From positions 18,940 to 82,939 of the forward strand of contig JACRPR010000040.1 in the NCBI GenBank assembly GCA_016223105.1: 64,000 bases of DNA. The letters are read 5' to 3'. The notes beneath the pieces were generated by a model. The model was given only the letters and a program-made list of their open reading frames with translations. It had not been told where the DNA came from and did no database searches. Source of the DNA: Chloroflexota bacterium. Lineage in GTDB: Bacteria > Chloroflexota > Anaerolineae > UBA4142. The translations under genes and the position numbers were made by a program. Shown one piece after another: positions 43,619 through 51,984 of this stretch. Each line of letters begins with the position of its first letter. The first letter of the stretch is position 1.

Positions 43619-45535
43619 ATGCGCGGAGCAATCACTCGCGTCGCCGGTCCGGTTGTCGTCGCGGAAAATTTGATCGGCGCGCAGATGTATGAAGTCGTGC
43701 GCGTCGGCGCGCTCGGTTTGATCGGCGAAGTGATTCGCATCGAAGGCGACGGCGCGACGATCCAGGTGTACGAAGACACCGCGGGTTTGCGCGTCGGCGA
43801 TCCGGTCGCGGCGAGCGGCGCGCCACTGCAAGTCGAACTCGCGCCCGGTTTGTTGGGATCGATCTTCGATGGAATCCAACGTCCGCTCCCGGTTTTGCGC
43901 GATCAGACCGGCGATTTTATCGCGCGTGGCGTAACCGCGCCCGCGTTGGATCGCGCGGTCAAATGGCAATTCACACCGATCGCGCGCGCAGGCGATGTAC
44001 TCGAACCGGGTGATCTGATCGGCAGTGTGCCGGAGACCGCGCAGATCGCGCATCGCGTCCTGGTTCCGCCGAATACGCGCGGCACGCTCATCGAAATCAA
44101 CGCGGGCGCGTTTTCGATTGACGAGCCAATCGGAATTTTGCAGAACGACGGCGCGCGGATCGAAATCAAACTCGCGCAGAAATGGGCGGTGCGAAGTGCG
44201 CGACCGTACGCGCGCAAACTCGATCCCGATACGCCGCTCATCACCGGGCAACGCGTGATTGATTCATTTTTTCCGGTAACGAAAGGCGGCACCGCGATCA
44301 TTCCCGGCGGATTCGGTTCCGGCAAAACGGTCGCGGAGCAAACGCTCGCGAAATGGGCGGACGCGGACATTGTGATTTACGTTGGATGCGGCGAGCGCGG
44401 CAACGAGATGACCGACGTGCTCGAAGAATTTCCGCAGTTGATCGACGCGCGCACGAACGAGCCGTTGATGCGCCGGACAATTTTGATCGCGAACACTTCG
44501 AATATGCCGGTTGCCGCGCGCGAAGCATCCATCTACACCGGCATCACGCTTGCGGAATTTTATCGCGATATGGGGTACGATGTCGCGTTGATGGCGGACT
44601 CGACTTCGCGCTGGGGCGAAGCATTGCGCGAAATTTCCGGACGACTCGAAGAAATGCCGGGCGAGGAAGGTTATCCCGCGTATCTCGCGACGCGGCTCGC
44701 GGATTTTTACGAACGCGCCGGACGCGTGATCGCGCTCGGCAAAGATGCGCGCGTCGGATCGGTTACGGTGATCGGCGCGGTCTCGCCGCCGGGCGGAGAT
44801 TTTTCGGAACCGATGACGCAAAATAGTTTGCGCGTCGCCGGCGCGTTTTGGGGACTCGATACCGGGCTGGCGCGGCGGCGGCATTTTCCGGCGATCAATT
44901 GGATCACGAGTTATTCGCTGTACGATTTACGCAAATGGTTTGTCGAAAATGTCGCGAGCGATTGGGAAGCGCAGACCGGCGAAGCGATGGCGTTGTTGCA
45001 AGAAGAAACCAAGTTGATGGAAATTGTGCAACTCGTTGGAAGCGACGCGCTCGCGGAAGATCAAAAAGCGTTACTGCAATCTGCGCGGATGGTGCGCGAA
45101 GATTATTTGCAACAATTCGCGTTTCACGAGATTGACGCGTTTTGTCCGCCGCACAAACAGTACTGGATGTTGCGCGTGATTCTCGCGTTTCAGCGCGAGT
45201 TGATGCGCGCGATCAAACGGAGCGCGTTGCTCGACCGCGTGATCAAAACGGAAACGCCGGTCGCGCCGCCGAATAATGAAAACGGCGCGAGTCGCGCGCA
45301 AGAGCCGGTGCCGAGCAAAGCGCAAGAACAAATCGCGGGCGAGTTCGCGCAATCGCTCGCGCCGGGCGGCGTGCCGATGACCTCAACGGATCACGGCGCG
45401 CTTTTGGAACGCGCGCTCGCGTTGCCGATCGTCGCGGAAATTGCGCGGATGAAAGAGTGGAAGCACGCGGAAGCCGAATCGCGCGCGCGCGCGTTGATCG
45501 AGCAAATCGAACGCGAGGTTGGCGCGTTGCGTTGA
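43619..45535 (+). CDS. atpA: V/A-type ATPase catalytic subunit A
   Basis: Walker A 'GGFGSGKTV', 'VYVGCGERGNEM' and 'ALMADSTSRWAEALREIS'-type motifs. It has an extended Ala/Pro-rich insertion near the C-terminus. Confidence 0.95.
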   Translation: MRGAITRVAGPVVVAENLIGAQMYEVVRVGALGLIGEVIRIEGDGATIQVYEDTAGLRVGDPVAASGAPLQVELAPGLLGSIFDGIQRPLPVLRDQTGDFIARGVTAPALDRAVKWQFTPIARAGDVLEPGDLIGSVPETAQIAHRVLVPPNTRGTLIEINAGAFSIDEPIGILQNDGARIEIKLAQKWAVRSARPYARKLDPDTPLITGQRVIDSFFPVTKGGTAIIPGGFGSGKTVAEQTLAKWADADIVIYVGCGERGNEMTDVLEEFPQLIDARTNEPLMRRTILIANTSNMPVAAREASIYTGITLAEFYRDMGYDVALMADSTSRWGEALREISGRLEEMPGEEGYPAYLATRLADFYERAGRVIALGKDARVGSVTVIGAVSPPGGDFSEPMTQNSLRVAGAFWGLDTGLARRRHFPAINWITSYSLYDLRKWFVENVASDWEAQTGEAMALLQEETKLMEIVQLVGSDALAEDQKALLQSARMVREDYLQQFAFHEIDAFCPPHKQYWMLRVILAFQRELMRAIKRSALLDRVIKTETPVAPPNNENGASRAQEPVPSKAQEQIAGEFAQSLAPGGVPMTSTDHGALLERALALPIVAEIARMKEWKHAEAESRARALIEQIEREVGALR

Positions 45536-45606
45536 TTTATGATTGCTGATTTATGATTTATGATTTCAGCGTGCGCGCCGCGTGTTTCAGAATGGAACTT
45601 GCGAAA

Positions 45607-45746
45607 GGAATCGAGCGTTTACGCGGTTGTTCACTGATACACGCAACCCGCTAATGAGTTTTGATTTTCAAATTCGGTAGTCATTTAGAGTCGAGCGTTT
45701 ACGCGGTTGTTCGATTGGACAAACAACCCGCTGAAGCGTCGAATCC
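45607..45746. repeat. Family-C element, tandem double unit
   Basis: Two C units are joined by the spacer CTAATGAGTTTTGATTTTCAAATTCGGTAGTCAT. A near-identical ~140-nt copy lies at 63524-63663. Confidence 0.9.
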
Positions 45747-45822
45747 AGCAATCGGATTTATGATTTTGAAACGCGCACAGTTCAAATCAGAAATCATAAA
45801 TCAGAAATCCTAAATCTGAAAT

Positions 45823-47220
45823 ATGGATACGCAAACTTCTCTTCTCACGAAGCATTACCGCACGCTCTCGTACATTTCCGGTCCGCTCGTGTTTGTCGAG
45901 CGCGTCGCGAATGTGGGGTACGGCGAAATCGTTACGATCACCGGCGCGGATGGCGCGCCGCGCGCGGGGCAAGTGCTCGAAGTGAATCGCGAGCGCGCGG
46001 TCGTCCAGGTTTTCACCGGCACGCGCGGACTCGACGCGGACACGACGCGCGCGCATTTCACCGGCAACGTCGCGCGGCTCGGCGTCGCGATGGAAATGCT
46101 GGGACGCACGCTCAACGGCGCGGGGCAACCGCTCGACGGCGGACCCGCGGTGATCCCGGAAAAATTTTTGGATATTCACGGCGAACCGATCAATCCGTAC
46201 GCGCGCGATCATCCTTCCGAATTTATTCAAACCGGGATTTCCGCGATTGATGGATTGAACACGCTCGTGCGCGGACAAAAACTGCCAATCTTTTCCGGTT
46301 ATGGTTTACCCGCGAACGAAATCGCCGCGCAAATCGCGATGCACGCGCGCGTGCTGGGCACATCCGAAAAATTCGCGGTCGTGTTCGCCGCGCTCGGCAT
46401 CACGCATCGCGAAGCATCGTTTTTCATCCAGCGTTTCGAGACGAGCGGCGCGCTCGACCGCACCGTGTTGTTTTTGAATCTCGCGGACGATCCGACGATT
46501 GAACGACTCATCACGCCGCGCGCCGCGCTGACGACTGCCGAGTATCTCGCATTTGATCAAGGTTTGCATGTGCTGGTGATCATTACCGATATGACGAATT
46601 ATTGCGAGGCATTGCGCGAGGTCGCAAACGCGCGCGAGCAAGTGCCGGGGCGGCGCGGTTATCCCGGCGATCTCTACACCGATCTCGCGACGATCTACGA
46701 ACGCGCGGGACGGATCAAAGACAAACCCGGTTCGATCACGCAGTTGATCATTTTGAATATGCCGGACGACGACATCACGCATCCGATTCCTGATCTCACC
46801 GGGTACATCACCGAAGGGCAAATCGTCTTGTCGCGCGATTTGCACCGGCGCGGCATTTATCCGCCGATTGATCCTCTGCCGTGTTTGTCGCGCTTGATGA
46901 ACGCGGGCATCGGCGCGGGTAAAACGCGCGCGGATCATCGCGGCGTCGCGGATCAACTCTATTCGTTTTACGCGCAAGGGCGCGATCTGCGCCGGCTCGT
47001 CGCGATCATCGGCGAAGCCGGGTTGGGCGCGGCGGATCGCAAGTATCTCGCGTTCGCGGATCGGTTCGAACAAGAATTTATCGGGCAGGGCGACACGAAT
47101 CGCGCGATTGAAGACACGTTGAACCTGGGTTGGGAATTATTGCGCGCGTTTCCGGCGAATGAGTTGAAGCGGATTAAGCGGGAACATATCGTAAAGTATG
47201 GGAAGGGAGAGAGGGGATGA
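45823..47220 (+). CDS. atpB: V/A-type ATPase subunit B
   Basis: 465 aa. 'GQKLPIFSG', '[12 protein letters not shown]' and '[21 protein letters not shown]' are B-subunit motifs. Confidence 0.95.
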   Translation: MDTQTSLLTKHYRTLSYISGPLVFVERVANVGYGEIVTITGADGAPRAGQVLEVNRERAVVQVFTGTRGLDADTTRAHFTGNVARLGVAMEMLGRTLNGAGQPLDGGPAVIPEKFLDIHGEPINPYARDHPSEFIQTGISAIDGLNTLVRGQKLPIFSGYGLPANEIAAQIAMHARVLGTSEKFAVVFAALGITHREASFFIQRFETSGALDRTVLFLNLADDPTIERLITPRAALTTAEYLAFDQGLHVLVIITDMTNYCEALREVANAREQVPGRRGYPGDLYTDLATIYERAGRIKDKPGSITQLIILNMPDDDITHPIPDLTGYITEGQIVLSRDLHRRGIYPPIDPLPCLSRLMNAGIGAGKTRADHRGVADQLYSFYAQGRDLRRLVAIIGEAGLGAADRKYLAFADRFEQEFIGQGDTNRAIEDTLNLGWELLRAFPANELKRIKREHIVKYGKGERG

Positions 47221-47452
47221 GAGGGCGTAGAGGGTAGAGAAGGTAGAGAGGGTAAAGAGGGCTTGCGCCTTTTTCGCCTTCTCTGCCTTTTATCACTTCT
47301 CATGCCTTCTACGCCTTCTTCACCCTTCTGGGTTTTGGTTCTTTGGGAATGATTGGGGTAGCATAGCCCCTTGTGGGCGTAGGAATCGGAAAAGACGCGC
47401 ACAAGGCGCTATGCTACACGACCAACCCCACTCAAAACTAAAGAACCTGGGT
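47221..47452. repeat. Two long imperfect hairpins filling the atpB-atpD spacer
   Basis: A purine-rich arm GAGGGCGTAGAGGGTAGAGAAGGTAGAGAGGG faces a pyrimidine-rich arm (47221-47330). A second hairpin pairs GGTTCTTTGGGAATGATTGGGGTAGCATAGC with GCTATGCTACACGACCAACCCCACTCAAAACTAAAGAACC (47337-47450). Confidence 0.7.
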
Positions 47453-47458
47453 TTTCAA

Positions 47459-48103
47459 ATGGAAAACACAAGCCCGACGCGCATGGAATTGCTCGCGGTC
47501 AAAGCGCAAATCGGTTTGGCGGAACAAGGGCGCGATCTGCTGAAAGAAAAACGCAACGCGCTGATGAAAGAATTTTTAAAGATCGCGGATGCCGTGATGC
47601 GCGATAGCGATGAGTTGGAGCAAGCGGTCGCGGATGCGCGGCACGCGCTCGCGCGCGCGGAGGCGTTGGATGGCGCGGAAGCGGTGCGCTCCGCATCGTT
47701 CGCCGCGCGGCACGAATTGGCGCTCACGGTCGAGGGCGCGTTCGTGATGGGTGTGCCGGTGCCAATCATCGAAACGACGAGCGCGGCGCGCGGCGCATTG
47801 GATCGCGGGTACAGTTTGCCGGGAACGTCCGCGCGGATTGACCTGGTTGCGGAACGGTTTGAAGAAGCGGTGGATGTGCTGATCGAACTCGCGGCGAGCG
47901 AATTGCGTTTGCGGCGTTTGGCGAACGAGATTCAAAAAACGAGTCGGCGTGTGAACGCGTTGGAAAATATCCTACTGCCGCGTTTGTCCACGCGCCGCGC
48001 GTACATCGAAATGGTGTTGGAAGAACGCGCGCGCGAAGATTTGTTTCGCTTGAAAACGGTCAAGCGCGCGATTCAGCGCAAGCGAACAACAAACGCCACC
48101 TGA
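47459..48103 (+). CDS. atpD: V/A-type ATPase subunit D
   Basis: 'PTRMELLAVKAQIGLAEQGRDLLKEKRNAL' and the C-terminal 'LENILLPRL...ERAREDLFRLK' are typical of subunit D. ATG at 47459. Confidence 0.9.
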   Translation: MENTSPTRMELLAVKAQIGLAEQGRDLLKEKRNALMKEFLKIADAVMRDSDELEQAVADARHALARAEALDGAEAVRSASFAARHELALTVEGAFVMGVPVPIIETTSAARGALDRGYSLPGTSARIDLVAERFEEAVDVLIELAASELRLRRLANEIQKTSRRVNALENILLPRLSTRRAYIEMVLEERAREDLFRLKTVKRAIQRKRTTNAT

Positions 48104-48131
48104 GCGAAACCGGTCAGGTGGCGTTCGTTTT
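48091..48131. terminator. Hairpin terminator after the ATPase operon
   Basis: AACGCCACCTGA...TCAGGTGGCGTT (12-bp stem that includes the atpD stop) followed by CGTTTTC. It sits between convergent genes. Confidence 0.6.
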
Positions 48132-48277
48132 CACGCCAGCAACAGCGCGAGCGCGATGATGATTCCGATGATCGCGACAATCGCGAGCACGATCAGCGCA
48201 CAGCCCTTGACGCCGTACTTTTCGTACAGTTCGCCAATGTCCATAATCGTGTCGAGCAAATCTCCGAGTGCGCCCAT
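48131..48277 (-). CDS. Small membrane protein (48 aa), uncertain
   Basis: ATG at 48277 with strong RBS AAGGAGA. The C-terminal hydrophobic helix is 'ALIVLAIVAIIGIIIALALLLA'. It overlaps the 3' end of ORF 48193..48651 in another frame. Confidence 0.45.
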   Translation of the reverse strand: MGALGDLLDTIMDIGELYEKYGVKGCALIVLAIVAIIGIIIALALLLA

Positions 48278-48651
48278 TGAATCTCCTTTTTGGCGTTGAC
48301 GAGCAGAACGAGTTTCTGATTTCCTTTGGTCACATAAAGCAAACACTGAATCACATCGTCGGGGCGAATGGCTTGCGCCGCCTTAGTCTCCAACAACAAA
48401 CGATCTTTTTTATCCCAGCACACAAAATCGACGCGGCGTTTGGTAACCGTGACCCCGTCATACACAATTGGAATCTGAACCTCGCGCTCGAACTCGACGC
48501 CGAACTTGGGCAACGCGATTTCCAGCGCGCGCTGGTAATCCACTTCCATACAATAAATGCCCAATTGCCGCTGAACGTCAATGCACGCGCCGATCACTTG
48601 GTACGAGAGCGGTTCAAACTGGTGTTTCTTGCCTTGAATCCGTGGTTCCAC
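48193..48651 (-). CDS. GxxExxY-family protein (PD-(D/E)XK-like)
   Basis: GTG start. 'LSYQVIGACIDVQRQLG...EVDYQRALEIALPKFGVEFEREVQIPIVYDG...RRVDFVCWD...LLETKA' follows the GxxExxY family pattern. The last ~30 codons look non-homologous. Confidence 0.7.
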   Translation of the reverse strand: MEPRIQGKKHQFEPLSYQVIGACIDVQRQLGIYCMEVDYQRALEIALPKFGVEFEREVQIPIVYDGVTVTKRRVDFVCWDKKDRLLLETKAAQAIRPDDVIQCLLYVTKGNQKLVLLVNAKKEIQWAHSEICSTRLWTLANCTKSTASRAVR

Positions 48652-48700
48652 ATTTCCCCCTTTCGCGGTTTTCGTGTTTTCGCGTTTTCGTGTTTCGCGG

Positions 48701-51700
48701 TTATCGCGTCTTTTCGTGAGTTTCGTGATCCAAGATTTTGATCTCCTCCTCGGTCAACCCGTACAACCGATACACCAACTCGTCAATCTCGCGTTCCATT
48801 GCCGACGTGTCCGCTTCGGGATTGCGTTTCTTTGCGGACAGGATGCGGTCAACGCGCGCGATGATGGGGGCTTGCTGATCTGGATATTCAATTACGCTCT
48901 TGGGAATTGGTATTTGTGTGACATAGTAATCAATAAAGTGCATTGTTCTGATGGCGCGGTTATAAACGAAATTGTAGGCATACCAATTTGTGAAGACAGA
49001 ATGGAAATATGCCATTACAAATTTGGGCGTCAGGCGTTTATCGTTTATTTTGATTTCCACGCAAGTATCGTTGAACAAACGTCCTTGTTCATCAAGAAAC
49101 ATTGCAATGATAATGTGCGGTTGGGGATTTTGAACGTGAGCAATGATTTCTTGCGCGATTAGTTTCTCGTGACCATAATCATCAATAAATTTTCTCGCCA
49201 CACTGCGTTTGAGATAACGCAAGTTGGGTTTCAATGCATAGCGGACAATATCTACGCCTTTTACACACGGATGATTGCCTTCCGATTCAAAAGTCAAATG
49301 TGATGTGATATTAGAAATACCAATCTCTGCCCGTATAAAGGCAGAAGTATTTTCAACTGAACGACGTTTGATTTTTTCAATTAGCGGTTGCGAATAAAGT
49401 CCTTTGTAAATTTGCGCGTTTCTTAAATCCTCCGTGAAAATTGAGGGCAAAGCAAACTTACCAAAGACGCGGATCGAATTGCCTCGATTGTCCAAACATC
49501 CAATCGCAATTTCGCGCTCTGGTGTGGTTTTGCTTTTGACAACACTAAACGCAACTTGTTCCAAAAGCACTTTTTCAAATGCTTGGCTAGCATCCATTAA
49601 AAAAGCAAGCGCGTTTTGGAGCCAAAGTTTCCGAACATTCGTCCACGATTCGCCATACAACGATTTTTTCGGAATGATGAAGGTTAGCGCGCCTTGAGAG
49701 TGTACTAATTTGCCAAACGAGACCACGATAAAAACTTCTGCCACATCACCCGACGGAAATTCAATTCCGCGCTCCTTGCGGAAATATTTTTTCTCCTCTG
49801 GCGTCAGAACATTTCGGAAACCGTATGGCGGATTCCCAATGACAACATCAAATCCCTGTTTTCGGTGAAACACTTCGGAAAATAAAATTTCGAAATCGAA
49901 AAGGTGTTTGCCGTTCGTCAGGTCGTCAATCAATTCTTCAATCTCGCGTTTGTACGCGTCTTTTTTCGACTTGTCCGTCGCGTCAAAAAAGAGCGGCTTG
50001 AGTTCTTCCAATCGTTTGAACAAACGATGATTGAATAGATTTTTTTCCACGCCCAACAGCGAATTGCCCGCGACAATTTTGTAATCCAAATTCGGCAAGG
50101 GCTTGATTTCCCGCACATCCTCTTCGTCCACCACGAGCGAAAGCCACAAACGCAGTTTCGCAATCTCCACCGCGCCCGCATCAATGTCCACGCCGTACAA
50201 ACAATTCTGAATCGCGTGGCGTTTGAAATGGTACGAGACCCTAAAGGTTTCCGAAACCTTTAGGGTCTGGTCTTGCAAGTACGGCGTCAACGCATTCCGC
50301 GCGCGCACGATCTCAGTCATCATTCCGACCGGGAACGCGCCCGAACCGACGGCGGGATCGCACACCGCGATATTTGCCAACGCCTCATCAATCGCTTGCG
50401 CGTTCGGCTCAATGCTCTTGGGCATTTTGATTTTGTATTCCGCCGGCACGGATTCGTAATGCGAAATCTGTTCGCCCAAATGCACAAACGTTTCGAGGTC
50501 GGCGCGGCTGACTGTCATTGCGAGCGGTTTTTGCGAAGCAATCTCCGCGTCGCTAGTTGGGGATTGCTTCGCTTCGCTCGCAATGACAGTCGCCAGATAA
50601 TTGATCAAACTTTCCTGACACATGTACGCGACGATTTCGCGCGGCGTGTAGAACGCGCCCAGCCCCTTGCGCCGATTGTCCTCGATCAAATTTTCAAACA
50701 CCTTGCCCAGCATTTCGGGATCAATCGCCACTTCTTTTTCGAGCGGCTCGGCTTCGTTCACCGTAAAGTTGTAACGATCAAACACATCGAGAATGCCGGT
50801 GCCGCTGATCATTTCGTCCACCCGTTTGGTGTTAAAAAACAAATCGTTCGGAATCACGATTTCGGTTGCGCGCCAATCGTAATCGCCGATCGGTTCGAAC
50901 AAGCCGCCGTTGAGAAACGGGATGCGGCAGTTGAACCGCTGGCACCAATCGTCCGCGTCGCGCTTGACCGCGAGCGATTCGTAAAACAGCGGTTCGAGAA
51001 CATCGTTGAAAAAATTGGCGTGCGCGCCGAATTCACCGCGCGCGAGTCGCCGCATAAAATCGCGCGGACCCGCGCCCCAGTTCTGTCCGCGTTGCACACC
51101 CAGCCAACCCTTTTTCTGGACGAAATACAAAAAGACGATTTGCCCCAGCAATTTCTTGGCGAAATCCACCGGGCTGATATTTTTCGCAGTGAACTCGTCG
51201 CGCACGCGCTTGTCCTGGTTCACCAACTTGGCGAGATATTTGGAAATCGCGTCGAACAATTCGACATAGCGCGCGAAAAATTCTTTCGTGACCGCTTCGA
51301 CGCTGAACGCGTCCTCGATCTGCGCGAGCGTGGGATCGTTCGCGGTGTCCTGGAGCAAATCGAGAAAACGCATTTGCGCGGTGTGGCACGCTTCGCCCGC
51401 GCCGACGATGTACGAAAAGCGGCGCGCCGGCGTCAACCGGGTTTCGACGCCGATTTTGCCCGCGGCGGTTGCGGTCATCGCGTATTCCATTTTGACGTAC
51501 GAAAAGCGCCACTGCGTTTCGCTCGGCGACACGAACGCGACGAGCGCGGCGTCCTTGTCGTCGCGTTCCTTGAGATGATCGGCGACGAAATTGCGAATCG
51601 CGGTGCGCGCGCGTTCGAGTTTGGAATCGCGCGTGAGATGCACGATCAACACGTCGAGCGTTTCTTGTTCCGGCGAAGTGTACGTGCCGAGTCGCTCAAA

Positions 51701-51871
51701 GCGCGCGACGTGTTCCTTGAACGCGTCTTTGACGTATTGGCTGTTGTGCGCGAACGCTTTCGATTCGTCGAGACGATTGAGCAATTCGCGCGTCAGTTGC
51801 AAGAAACGCGCGCGATCAAACGCGGCGGTAAATGTTTCGCGGACGATGGCTTGGGCTTGGGTGCGGTTCAT
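48701..51871 (-). CDS. Eco57I/PglX-like N6-adenine DNA methyltransferase with C-terminal specificity domain
   Basis: 1056 aa with RBS GAGGAGA. 'FLYFVQKKGWLG', 'IPFLNGGLFE', SAM motif 'LGAFYTPREIVAYM...DPAVGSGAF' and catalytic 'VIGNPPYG'. The C-terminal third (48.7-49.9 kb) is AT-rich. Two palindromic repeats are inserted in frame. Confidence 0.85.
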   Translation of the reverse strand: MNRTQAQAIVRETFTAAFDRARFLQLTRELLNRLDESKAFAHNSQYVKDAFKEHVARFERLGTYTSPEQETLDVLIVHLTRDSKLERARTAIRNFVADHLKERDDKDAALVAFVSPSETQWRFSYVKMEYAMTATAAGKIGVETRLTPARRFSYIVGAGEACHTAQMRFLDLLQDTANDPTLAQIEDAFSVEAVTKEFFARYVELFDAISKYLAKLVNQDKRVRDEFTAKNISPVDFAKKLLGQIVFLYFVQKKGWLGVQRGQNWGAGPRDFMRRLARGEFGAHANFFNDVLEPLFYESLAVKRDADDWCQRFNCRIPFLNGGLFEPIGDYDWRATEIVIPNDLFFNTKRVDEMISGTGILDVFDRYNFTVNEAEPLEKEVAIDPEMLGKVFENLIEDNRRKGLGAFYTPREIVAYMCQESLINYLATVIASEAKQSPTSDAEIASQKPLAMTVSRADLETFVHLGEQISHYESVPAEYKIKMPKSIEPNAQAIDEALANIAVCDPAVGSGAFPVGMMTEIVRARNALTPYLQDQTLKVSETFRVSYHFKRHAIQNCLYGVDIDAGAVEIAKLRLWLSLVVDEEDVREIKPLPNLDYKIVAGNSLLGVEKNLFNHRLFKRLEELKPLFFDATDKSKKDAYKREIEELIDDLTNGKHLFDFEILFSEVFHRKQGFDVVIGNPPYGFRNVLTPEEKKYFRKERGIEFPSGDVAEVFIVVSFGKLVHSQGALTFIIPKKSLYGESWTNVRKLWLQNALAFLMDASQAFEKVLLEQVAFSVVKSKTTPEREIAIGCLDNRGNSIRVFGKFALPSIFTEDLRNAQIYKGLYSQPLIEKIKRRSVENTSAFIRAEIGISNITSHLTFESEGNHPCVKGVDIVRYALKPNLRYLKRSVARKFIDDYGHEKLIAQEIIAHVQNPQPHIIIAMFLDEQGRLFNDTCVEIKINDKRLTPKFVMAYFHSVFTNWYAYNFVYNRAIRTMHFIDYYVTQIPIPKSVIEYPDQQAPIIARVDRILSAKKRNPEADTSAMEREIDELVYRLYGLTEEEIKILDHETHEKTR
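50236..50268. repeat. Perfect 15+15 palindrome inside the methyltransferase CDS
   Basis: GACCCTAAAGGTTTC-C-GAAACCTTTAGGGTC encodes 'TLKVSETFRVS'. Half-sites of the same word flank the helicase-MTase spacer (51891-51905 and 51970-51984). Confidence 0.85.
50514..50587. repeat. Family-A palindromic element, copy 6, in-frame inside the methyltransferase CDS
   Basis: GTCATTGCGAGCGGTTTTTGCGAAGCAATCTCC...GGGGATTGCTTCGCTTCGCTCGCAATGAC encodes 'VIASEAKQSPTSDAEIASQKPLAMT'. Confidence 0.9.
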
Positions 51872-51890
51872 TGGGTCTCCTCATTCGAAA

Positions 51891-51984
51891 GACCCTAAGG
51901 GTTTCTTTGGTAGAGAATTCGACTGACCGGGCAAGGCACTTTGGTTGACAAGGTGGCCGGTCAGGCAAGGAAACCCTTAGGGTC
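51891..51984. repeat. Split inverted repeat in the helicase-MTase spacer
   Basis: GACCCTAAGGGTTTC (51891-51905) and GAAACCCTTAGGGTC (51970-51984) bracket an inner CTGACCGG/CCGGTCAG inverted repeat. Confidence 0.75.
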
